Below are positions 1-10,716 of a DNA stretch of 64,000 bases, one piece after another. The notes below the pieces were generated by a model, which worked only from the letters and a program-made list of their open reading frames with translations, made no database searches and was not told where the DNA came from. Source of the DNA: Ylistrum balloti (Eukaryota); the NCBI RefSeq assembly GCF_031769215.1, contig NW_026782650.1, forward strand, positions 186,001 to 250,000, in the 5' to 3' direction. The position numbers were made by a program, and so were the translations under genes. Position 1 is the first letter of the stretch. Each line of letters begins with the position of its first letter.

Positions 1-82
1 TATTTATCTCCTAAGTTTCAGCATATTAGACCCATGCACAGTTTCTTTTTCCTCTAGTATACATATCTTTTAAGAATCCTAC

Positions 83-3000
83 CTTCCATTTCTACAATGA
101 TTTGTGCGATCTCCTCCTCTCTACAGAGTCTAGCCAGGGCAATGGCAGACTTCTGTTGAACCCTTTCACAGGCTGCAGTCTCAGCTGCTGACTTATAGGT
201 CAAAGGTCGTTCCTGTAGCAGCTGCAGACAAAGGTCAAGGCCACCACTATTTATAATACACTGTCTACAGTTGTCAACAGCTACCATATTGGCAAGGACT
301 GTAGCCACCTGAAACATGTTTAAATGATATTATGAAGATGTAATAAATCAGATAAAAGAAAAACAAATGCCATAACAACCAAATGATTTGGAATATCATA
401 TGTCTGCATGTTTAAATATCTTCCTAGTGAGCTAAGAAGGACATTGATACTGTATAATCTAAAAGTAATACAAGTAATAGAAATAAGGTTCCATTGTTCT
501 GTGATATATAAAACAACACAGGAGACTGTGTAGTTCTGTATGTGATGCTTCTCGTCAAATTAGTCATATCACTTACTCACACTATTTTGATTGCTTCAAA
601 GTACTTTTTCTTAACACTTTCCTTTATTTTATCATCAGTGTCTTTATCAGTACCTCTTTTTGTTGGGAAATGATTAGCACTGTATACAAAGCTTACATGA
701 CACTTGTTTAGCAGACATTGAGGATATCAAAGTTAATTACCTGTATTCTAGGTTATTAATTAATTCAGCAAACGATTCATAATTACGTAGCAATACTTAA
801 TCTGTCCATTGGTTAATAAGGAAGTATATTTCTAATGAATATACTGAGACTAACAGGTGATTTCCTAAATATACCTGGTCCTTGGCGAAGAGAGATTGTG
901 CTACACTTGTACCACAGGACTGGATAAGAACACGAGGTGCATCATACTTAAGCAGAATATCACAAGCCATGCTGTCCATAAACGTGATATTAGCAATAGC
1001 TGCTGATGATAACAGGAACACTTCATGGGACAGAGTGTTGGCACATAAACCTGATATTTAAACATAACAGTGTAATGTAGCATCCTTATAAGAATTCTGA
1101 TGGAAATTGAAAATTATTGCTCAATTAATAATCTAGTTTATCCTAAAAACTTAAAATATTACATGTACTTCCCACAATTCAAATGTAATTAGGCAAACTG
1201 AAATACATCACATTACAAAAAAAAACCCTAAAAAAATATTGTTCTACAAGTTCACTTTCTTAGTGTCATACCAAAATCTAATGGAAAAGACAGAAGATCT
1301 GTAAAGTATTGTTATATAATTTTCTGAAACTAAACAGCAAACATTTTATTTAATACTTTCAAATATCATTCAATTCTCTGTCAAAATAATAAACATTCAA
1401 TGATGACCTACCTATCAATGCCCGCAATATTTCATCTAAATTTTCCACCAAGCCTGATAATTGCTGAAAGTTTTCAAGACAAGGGGAGGTAACTTGTGCC
1501 AATACTCCTGCTACTTCTCCTCGCACTTTTTCACTGTTAGCATAGTCACATAAGATGTCCATCAGACATTCTACGCCTCCTTCCTGTAACATCACATAAC
1601 CATTTACAGTAAATTTAAGCTAAAAATTGTCATATATTGTCAAGCAACAAATTTTGTTGGACCTTTGAAAAACAACCCATGGGAGACTTGTCACACACCT
1701 ACAAATATTGTGCCATAGATGCATTACCACTACAACACAGACCAGCCTGTTTCTCCGCTTTCTTTTTTAAATCACAGTATATTGTGTATCTGCTTATTAA
1801 TGGTAGGGTGGTTTATTGTTACAATCAGTAAGTGTCTTGTTAAAAGCAAAAACAATGCTAATTTCAAAATAGAAAATCAACAATTTTACATTTTACCTAA
1901 ATGCATACATGTATTTCACAGAATCAGGCAATGGCTTTCCATGACGCACTCACCTTTTCTATTTCAAATATTCCCTCAGCAACACAGCAGATGGTAGCCA
2001 GGGCCCTTAGAGTCTGTGGATGTACGAAGCTCAAGGACTCTGTCCGACAGATGTCCAGTAATGCCCTTACACCTCCCTCCTGAATAATGAACATAGTAGA
2101 AAATGTAATTTGAAATATTATTTCAGTAACAAATTCTAATATTTTTCATATCTGCAGTAATTGCATGTACTATACTATAACACTAATTCTACACACACTC
2201 ATTTCAGGTAACATGTAAGGCATTCTGATGGATATTCTCTTTTTTATGCATGAAATTCAATTATTTTCCAATGTACATGAGCTGTGGGGGTGTTCAATAA
2301 TAACATTTTTCTTATTCCGTTAAACTTTCTCAGAACTTATCCTTCTTCACATACCAACTAATCACGTATAACATTATAAGACAAATATCTTAGATATCAT
2401 GTCACAAAAAAAAACTTCCAGGTAAACAATCTCCTGTTACTGAGAGTGTCACCCAGGAAACCTTTACCTCGGTAGATAATCTCTTATTATAGAAGGTGAC
2501 ACCTGAGAAACCTTTACCCTGGTAAATATTATATACATAATCTCAAGAAAACTTCAGTAGTGCCCAGAGCCTTACAACTTGTATCTTACCAAGGTTAAAT
2601 ACTCCCCCTATAGGAAATCATCAACTCATCCAAGATTTCCAGAGATACAACACTGTAGATGCTTGTGAAAGTAATGCTGGGTATTATTCATGAGTCACTA
2701 CAGAAGTGCCAGTGTAAGAAAGGTCATTGTTAATTTCAATGTCCTGCTAGGATTTGAACCTAGGACTTCTGGCTTACAAGGCTGAACTCAACCAATCGAA
2801 CTAAAGAGAAGTTCTCTCTAGCTGATTGGTATATGGTGGCTAGTATTTGATCAGGGTAACACACATTTCACATTTCCATGATTTTGTCAATAAAAAATCT
2901 TACCCTAGCAAATATATAGCACATGTGTTCTCCCTCAAGTCCGAGACTGACCACTGTCCCCAGGGCACTTGACAGGGTCGAAAGATTGTTGGCCTCATCC

Positions 3001-6000
3001 AGAGTCTCTACCACCTTCTGTAACATGAAAACCAAACACAGTTATGCTCATATGCTGTGCCCTATTTCCCAGATAGATGATATTTATTTAATTAACTGAT
3101 GACACTATAATTTCCTTATTGAACATGATTGATTTGTAATTATCAATCCAAGTAGTAATATACTGGACAAAATAAGTCACGGATCATAAAGTGTTATCAC
3201 GATATGTTCGAAGATGAAATGATGTGTTGCCCATATTGATCTGTGCAGTGTTCTAAACATTGAATTTGAAAAGGCCATTAATCTAAGGATTTCATCACAG
3301 ACAGTTAGAAACAGACTCCATGCTACTAATTCTATGGCTCAAAGACTAACAATGTGACCTATTCTGACAAGTTTATCAGCAAGCTGGACAACAATTGGCT
3401 GTCCTAAAATTCAAACTGGCACTTGTGTCATTGGATAGGCAGGAATCAATATTTATTTCTATACAGACCCTTACATCATTGACAATGAAGCCTTAATCAC
3501 TGCCTACTACAAGGAATAGATTCTACACTATATTGTTAGGTCCAATGTGGACAACTATCATCAGAGGGAAACAATTGTCCTTCAGACTTGCAAAGTCCAT
3601 CTCCTTATTTAAACCAAATCAAGCATGCTTGGGATTACTTGCAATAATGGGTTTTCAGCTTCGGCAAACCTTCTATAAAACCACCATGAGCTTGTGACAG
3701 CACTACGAGAGGAATGACAATGTATCCCACAGATCAGTCGCAGATGACTAATAAGAAGCTTGTGCAAATGTTGCAGGGCAGTTGTAAGGTTAACAGAGAT
3801 CATGTTCTCTATTGAGATTCTAATGTCATTTTCTGAACTTCTTGTCCCTGTGATTCAGGTGTTGTATTCTTGTGAACACTTTAATTTACAGGGAGCTCCT
3901 TCTTATCTGCTCTAAGTAACATTTAACATGAAATATGAATGTGTAATCAATGACTAAACTGTAACCAAACATATCATCACAGTTCTAAGTATGAAAAACA
4001 ATGTTGTTTCAATTTCCTGATCCTTGACGTTTTTTGTCCTGTATGTATCACATTAATTTGAAATCATGAAATCATCCTAACATCTTTATAGTAAGTGCCT
4101 AAATCCATGATTTGAATGAAACATAATTGATGTTTTCTAAGTATTGATCTTCATTGTTTTTATTCATGATAATTCCTATAGAAAGACAAGACAAACCTGT
4201 AGTAGATGTCCAAGAGCCAGGTCTACTAGGCGACTGAAAGCTTGACCCAGGAATGTCAGCTGGTTAGTGACAGGGATCTTAGGTGGTGTACGGTCTTCTT
4301 TTGAAGAAATGCTCTTTCTGGAAAAAACAAAACATCTTCGCATTCTATCTAATTAAAGTTATTTCTAACACAAGTCTGATGGTATAAAAAAAGATTTGGA
4401 AGAAAAACGACTGTGCTTGAATAGAAAAAAACACTTCATTCATTTCAATTTCTCATGAAAGATAGAAATAAATCTCATAAACCTTCTAGTCTTAATAGAG
4501 GAAACTGATAATAGATCCGTGGGGGATAAATCTGTATCTAAAGACATGTAATTTTGTAAGTGTTATTATAATCACAAACTAAACCGATCAGCGGAGATCC
4601 CATTGATCAACAAGAAACAAACATATTATAACACATTTCACAGCAATCTAAAAAACAGAAGGGTCATACAAATCCAACAAACATCACTGAATCAACACTT
4701 TATATATTAGTGCCAGTTATGATGTATTTTCATTGTACCAATGTAAGATAAAAAGAAATCTAATACACATTGCATGCTTCAACATTCGTCAAGGACCATA
4801 ATTACACTCACACACAAATCAAATGTGTCATTATGATTAATAGTATAGTATGATACATTCCAAAATAAGGACATGAAGATTGTGAAAATATATCTGTTAT
4901 GGTTCATTTGTCAGTACCAACAGCAGTATACTGAAGACATTTACATACATATCTACCTTGGTATCTGTTCTGATAAGACTGGGACTGAGGTTGACTTACC
5001 TATCTACCTGCTGGGCTAGCTTGGCACATTCACCCATCACTGTTTCTTGATGCTGTAGAAAAGATAAGAGATACCGCTGCTGTGATACCCAGTCCTCCAT
5101 CAGTAAGTATTTAAATTTTCATAATGCATTCTAACCAAAAATTCACACTATCATAACTGTTAAATAAAACAAGAGGCCCATATGCCATAACGGTCACCTC
5201 AGTTCAATTTTTGTTTTCAACAAATGACAACCACAAACTTGACAAAACTGATTTATCCAATATCAAGCATACAAATTAAAGCCTGCAGAGAAATGTATGT
5301 AGCAAGTGTGGATTAAAATGATATCGCAGAAATTTTAACAAATTCAACTCTAAGGGGCCAGCACTGAAGTTTTCAAAACATTGAACCTCCTTGACAACGG
5401 AGTTCCAACCTGATTTTTGAATGCCAACTGAAAATGACTACAACTACTCAGACATTTGACCCCTGTGACCATGAAAGTGCATTAAGGTCACTCACTTGAA
5501 CAAACTTAGTCTTCATCTCACCATGCTACAGGCCTAATATCAGACCACTGGGCCTTTTGATTATTGAGAAGACGTCATTTGAAAAAAACAAATTTGACCC
5601 TTGTGAACTTTAAAGTGGTTCAAGGACATTTACTTACACAAACTTGTTAGCTCTTCATCTCAGCAAGATACAGGCTTATGGCCCAATATCATTACCCCTG
5701 ACCTTTCAGTTATTGAGAAGAAGATTTTTTTTACATATTTGACACCTATGACCTTGAAAGTGTGTCAAGGTATAGGTAAGGTTTGTCTATAAATATAGGT
5801 AAGGTCAGTCTATAAATATAGGTAAGGTCAGTCTATAAATATAGGTGAGGTCAGTCTATAAATATAGGTAAGGTCAGTCTATAATTATAGGTAAGGTCAG
5901 TCTAGAAATATAGGTAAGGTCAGTCTATAAATAAAGGTAAGGGAGCACTAACAAGGAAATCTTAATGAACAGACAGCACAGAGTATACCATAATTCTACC

Positions 6001-8283
6001 CATCGTCAACAGGCATACAAAAATGTAAGGTCATAAAATCATGCAACCATTTTATACACCTACCTCCAGTATATACGAAGGTGGCTCCGGCAGGCAAAGG
6101 TTACATTCTTGGATAAGTGACCGGATATGACAAGTCAGCTGTATCACCAGTGACCGCACAGCTGACCACTTCTCAGCTTCAACATACCTATGAATCAGAT
6201 AAACAATGAAATGTACATCGATACAAATTACAATCAGTTTTATAAAGACACAAAGCTGATAAACAAAACATCAAGCCCCTTCCATTGTCAGTAAACAATC
6301 ATATGATCAAATCGTTCCTTATAATTACATCATCAACAAGTTATAACAAAAAAATACAATCTTTAAGTATCAAGATAATTGTTTACTATGAGATAATATA
6401 CATCCATTTATTAGACTTATATCAGACTCATAGTGCAGTCTGTTTAAGGTTAAAACTCACTTAAAGAGTTTTGTAAACTCATTGCTGATGTGGTGAGAGT
6501 CATCTCTTATCGTGTCAATCCCATCTGAGGAAACAAAAAAATAAAAACAAGGTATAAATATCAGCAAGGTTCACAGACCTATGCATCCAATTGTTGATGA
6601 GCCCATTACTGGGTACAGGGAGAAGATTGAATCAGTCTCAATCTGTTACAAATAATGGAAATATTGTAAATCACTTATATTTTGTGTAGGTTTTAATTTA
6701 GCATTAATGTGTGGAGAAAGTCCATCATCAATTAATTGTTTTACAAAATCAATTCTGGATGGCATCCATGTTGATTTGGTTACTTAGTAACCTACATTGT
6801 AATGTTACTTCACAATGTAGGTTACTAAGTAATGTACAGTGTACATGTAATTTAATCACCTGAAGATGGCCGCGAGGCCTGAAAACGTTAGTGATATATT
6901 TGTTTGTCATGTGAAGTGATTAATTTTCTCTGTATATACGATACACAAAGATTTATCTTTTTAAATTATATATATATATACATACATATTATTCCAGCAT
7001 TAAATAGACCAACAGACAACCTCATTCCTGATATCAATCACTCAAATGTTTTAATGTCCTTCAGATTGACATTACAATTTTCATTCCCCTCCTTTTGATT
7101 TTTGAATGTACATACTTTTCACTACAGCAGCATGAAGGCTATACTTGTCCATCTCTGTGAGGAGAGACTTCCCCTGCAAAACGCTCATACATTCTGTCTC
7201 CGTTGACCATCGAATGTCTGACAGCCATCGCTGTGTAGGGTCAAATATAAACTTCTCTCTAGCACTGGAGTAAAAATAAAGATTGAAGAAAGATTATAAT
7301 GTGAACCAGACTTGTTCTGGCCATTTTAGAAAGGTACGATCAGTCACCATCTCATACATGTACTTTTATTATTTATACACAGGTATAGACAGGTTATATA
7401 GTTATATATTTGTTTATGACCAGTTTACACATTCTATACAGGGTAGAATTAGACTGCAGATATAACTCATTTGCACAGGTATGGGAAGATTGTTATAGCA
7501 TGATGACAATATTATCAAGGCATGACCAGTTTAAACAGTTGCAAACTCATACAAAAAAAAAAGAAGAAAATATCAACATTTCGATAGAATCATAATCCAA
7601 ACTCAAATTCAATCAAACTTGGGCAAAATATGAAAATAGAAAAAAGGACAAGGAGAATAAGACAAGGTGTACATGCTCTGGACAAGTATGTGTTTTCTGT
7701 TTCATCAATGACATCTGCCATGTAAATTTTTGTCAATCCAAGTACAGTATGTAATGTCATGTTTCTACACGAGAACACTGTAAACAACAACTGAACGATC
7801 AGGTAAACAAACAAGTATCAAACACATTCAAGGTTATATCGCATACAAAAATAGAATATTCGCTACTAATGAGACCATTATATAATATGACGACCATCAA
7901 AGTTAGTTGCCAACATCTTGCACAAAACAGTGACATTGGAAAGAAGCCCTTGAATGTCGACTCACTTATGACATGTAAACACCACAGACTGCGGATGCAG
8001 GAATGTTGCTCTCAAGAAATGGAAAATTTACAAAAGGGAAATTGATTTTTTTATGATGACCAGTCCACACAACTACGTGTAAACAAGGTCATACAAGTTT
8101 GACAATTTCATACATGTAAAACCAGGCATGGTAATTAAGGTATGAATGACCAGGTTGTATAGGTATAGCTGTCGTATGTATAATACTAACTGTATCAGTA
8201 TACTTCGAATGAACTCAATCTTTCTGTGTTCGATCTTTTAAAAACGGATTCTCTCACCTCTTTTTGACACTGTGTCGCAACAT
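83..8283 (-). CDS. INSC: Protein inscuteable homolog (spindle-orientation adaptor), 11 coding exons in window, 3' end beyond the left edge
   Basis: Exons (minus): 8283-8258, 7264-7116, 6524-6461, 6187-6064, 5052-5000, 4317-4197, 3017-2904, 2079-1954, 1583-1412, 1050-875, 308-83. All GT-AG with matching phases. Translation MLRHSVKKSAREKFIFDPTQRWLSDIRWSTETECMSVLQGK... matches the INSC LGN-binding peptide (QRWMEDLKLMTECECMCVLQAK). EGGVRALLDIC, VLAQVTSP, EVFLLSSAAIANITF and ACERVQQKSAIALARL match INSC ARM-like repeats (recognised from memory). An in-frame TGA lies upstream of the ATG at 8283. Confidence 0.95.
2415..2545. repeat. Degenerate ~50-bp tandem repeat, ~2.3 copies
   Basis: ggtaaa...aatctc...gaaacctttacc recurs at 2421, 2472 and 2521. 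Confidence 0.55.
2645..2875 (-). mobile_element. tRNA-derived SINE-like element, copy A
   Basis: Minus strand TAGTTCGATTGGTTGAG (A-box-like) ... CTTGTAA ... GGTTCAAATCC (B-box-like). Both flanks align with the copies at 17090-17590. Confidence 0.6.
3200..3790 (+). pseudogene. Highly decayed Penelope-like (Naiad-type) reverse transcriptase C-terminal fragment
   Basis: Frame-shifted peptides DPYIIDNEALITAYYK, GF.LRQTFYK, NHHELV and SQMTN resemble the order IDNEGRLRTKLYDK...LRKFYGRHHELV...SQMT. Many stops. Confidence 0.35.
5168..6023. mobile_element. Non-autonomous Helentron/HINE-type element with internal repeats
   Basis: Begins aacaagaggccca...cggtcacctcag and ends ccataattctacccatcgtcaacaggcatacaaaaa. 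Internal tttgacccc..tgacc..tgaaagt motifs. These termini resemble bivalve Helentron-associated elements as I recall them. Confidence 0.55.
5771..5940. repeat. 23-bp minisatellite (tataggtaaggtcagtctataaa), ~7.4 copies
   Basis: Units start at 5771, 5794, 5817, 5840, 5863, 5886, 5909 and 5932. Confidence 0.95.
6855..6895 (+). ncRNA. Minimal type I hammerhead ribozyme motif (Penelope-associated type)
   Basis: AUCAC CUGAAGA U GGCC-GCGA-GGCC U GAAA ACGU UA^GUGAU. 5-bp stem I, CUGANGA and GAAA core, 4-bp stem II with a GNRA loop, palindromic stem III AACGUU, UUA cleavage triplet. Confidence 0.75.
7600..7745 (-). mobile_element. 3' tail fragment of a Penelope-like family
   Basis: tttacatggcagatgtcattgatgaaacagaaaacacatacttgtcc (minus) aligns with tttacatggcaggtgtcgtcgatgaagcagaagacgcttactcttcc at ~30260-30315 (minus). 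Confidence 0.6.
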
Positions 8284-10401
8284 GGTGTATGATCACAGCA
8301 TGCTGAATGATAATCAGTTCATCTTCTACACCACTGAACCTACCAGGTAATGGTGGCAGTCAAAATATTTGGACAGAACAGACCTCCAAAATCTGCAAGA
8401 AATTTTAACATACTGTACAATACAAGTTCAAAGTGAATATATGTGGAGGTAATATTTAATTGTGAGAAAAAATATCCTTAAATATAATCTAACTTCTGCT
8501 ATTTCATGTTTCAGTTATTGTTATATAAGATATCTAATTTTGATATTATTCAGAATAGAATCCATGTTAGTTCAGTAAAGGTTTTGGTTCTAAATTAAAG
8601 TATACTACAGCACGAGGTGATGCAGTATATGTTATTTAGTGAAACCTCTATGTAGCTATTGAAAATTTAATCACTTATGTCAACATAGTACAATACTATT
8701 GTTACTTCCTTTTTTCACAGTTAAAGACATTCTATATACTATTCTATACACTTGTACTGTTTTTACACTTGTGTTTCATATATCTGAATTACTTATGTAC
8801 ATGCTGACAATGTGAATTTAGAGAGGGTGCCTGTTCACATTTTGATGTTTAAATTAACTTTATCTATGACTACTGTTTGTCCAAGTGATACGTTTGGATT
8901 TATTTTACTGTACAGTACTTCTATAGGTATTAATGGCCACCTACATGTACTGAGTTCATAGTCACTCAATTTTACACCACTCTGGGCTTCTTTATGGTGT
9001 CCCTATCTATATATGGTATCCTGATGTTATGCATTCAACCAGGTTTGCACAAAGTCATTTTGCATCCAGCATCGTTCGCACCACAACGTTTCGCTCCTAA
9101 TGCCACGAATGTTTGCACCCTATTTTTTTTATTATGAGTATAGATATAACTAATTCTATTTATATGTTCACTGTGTCTACATTTTGTGTATAGATAAAGA
9201 TAAATGTTAAACTCTTTCGCTTGATTTCTTCCACTTTTCATTCAACCAGGAAGTAAAGACTTGTTATCTAAACTACAGTTTACTCCATTTAATCATGGTT
9301 TCCAATGGTATTTAGGTAAAAATGTATCCCTTACTGAGATTGAACACAAAGAAATGATATTTTTTAATTACAATTTGTTGCTCATTCCACATTCACCATG
9401 TATATCTTAAGGAAAGACAATTGATTTATATTTACAGGTATATGTTGTACATGACATGGTTGAGAATTGATTTCTGGAGTAACCATCACTTATACCTCCA
9501 TTTACTTGTTGTATCGAAAACACCAAAACTCTCATTATGAGCACACCAATTTCCTCCATCGTTTCATCTTCTCTTGCTGAGCATGCCGCAAGAAGCACTT
9601 GTGTGTCATGTGTCTACATCATTAACTGTAATATTTTTTTGTCAAAACAACGACATATGATAAATTAACGTGGTTTTACACTTTCAAAAACAACTTTGGG
9701 CAAACATGTATTTTTCTCCATAATTGATACTAGTATTTTTCATTGAGGGCGAAATGTCATTTCTGAATTTTCAGTTTGGTAAGAACCAGCTGATGGGGTG
9801 TGGAACGTCATGGTGTGAAACAACTTTGGGGTGAAATGTCTGGCATTCTCTCAATGACATACTACACCCCGTCATCATTGACTCATTCCTAATTGTTTTC
9901 TAAATGTTTATGTGTATTTCTTTCCACATAATTTGGTCAACTTCCTTGACTGCTCTGATAGGCAATCCACAATAGGACCCAACCAGGTTATGTTAAACAG
10001 TATAACGATGATCCATTTGCTTAATCTGGCAAATTTGCTAAAAGCAGAAGGCCAAGCCCAATTCTATCATGGGACTCAGAGTGACATACTGGTCTGTGAG
10101 ATTTCACGCTACAATTTGTTGCAGATGAGGGATTTTACGTCACATTAAGTAAAAATGAGTGAACAACTTTTTCCGATGCACTCTTAAGTCTTAGCTTTAT
10201 GATACATAGTTTTACTTTACTTCACATCGTTTATATGTGTGTAACTCGATATCTTCAATCACCTGTTCACATATTATTTTTTAGTGCAATCACCAGGTTT
10301 TTCTTAAATAACAAGTACAAACGTATTTAATTCTACAGCAGAAGTAATGTTTAAAATAACATTTCTGTGAGGTTTTTCTGAAGAAATCTAGCATGGCTTA
10401 C

Positions 10402-10716
10402 CTAAATATCAATCCCATACACAAATTGGTCTCCGACAACAGAGAAATATTTGTTGTTTTCTGCAATACATAAGCGGCTCCGGAAAGGCGATTCTAGTTC
10501 GCGCACGGAATACGGAAATGGAAATATCATTAATGTAATAATTTATTTTCTTGCGTTGTTACTGTAGAGTGTGCATTTTTCAAAATTAAGATATGATTTT
10601 TTCTAACTTTAATTATTATTCTAAGATATTCTCATTTGAATTTGACGTGCCCTAATTACCATAGTTTGAGTCGCTTACATCACGTACAATTACCAATCTG
10701 TCAAAATTTCTCAAGA
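10402..10716. promoter_or_regulatory. Putative bidirectional promoter between INSC (-) and SVIP (+)
   Basis: Minus-strand donor TTTAG|GTAAGC at 10402/10401 suggests a non-coding INSC first exon. SVIP ATG is at 10717. Local CpG enrichment and CGGAA (ETS-like) motifs at ~10478-10523. Confidence 0.55.
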
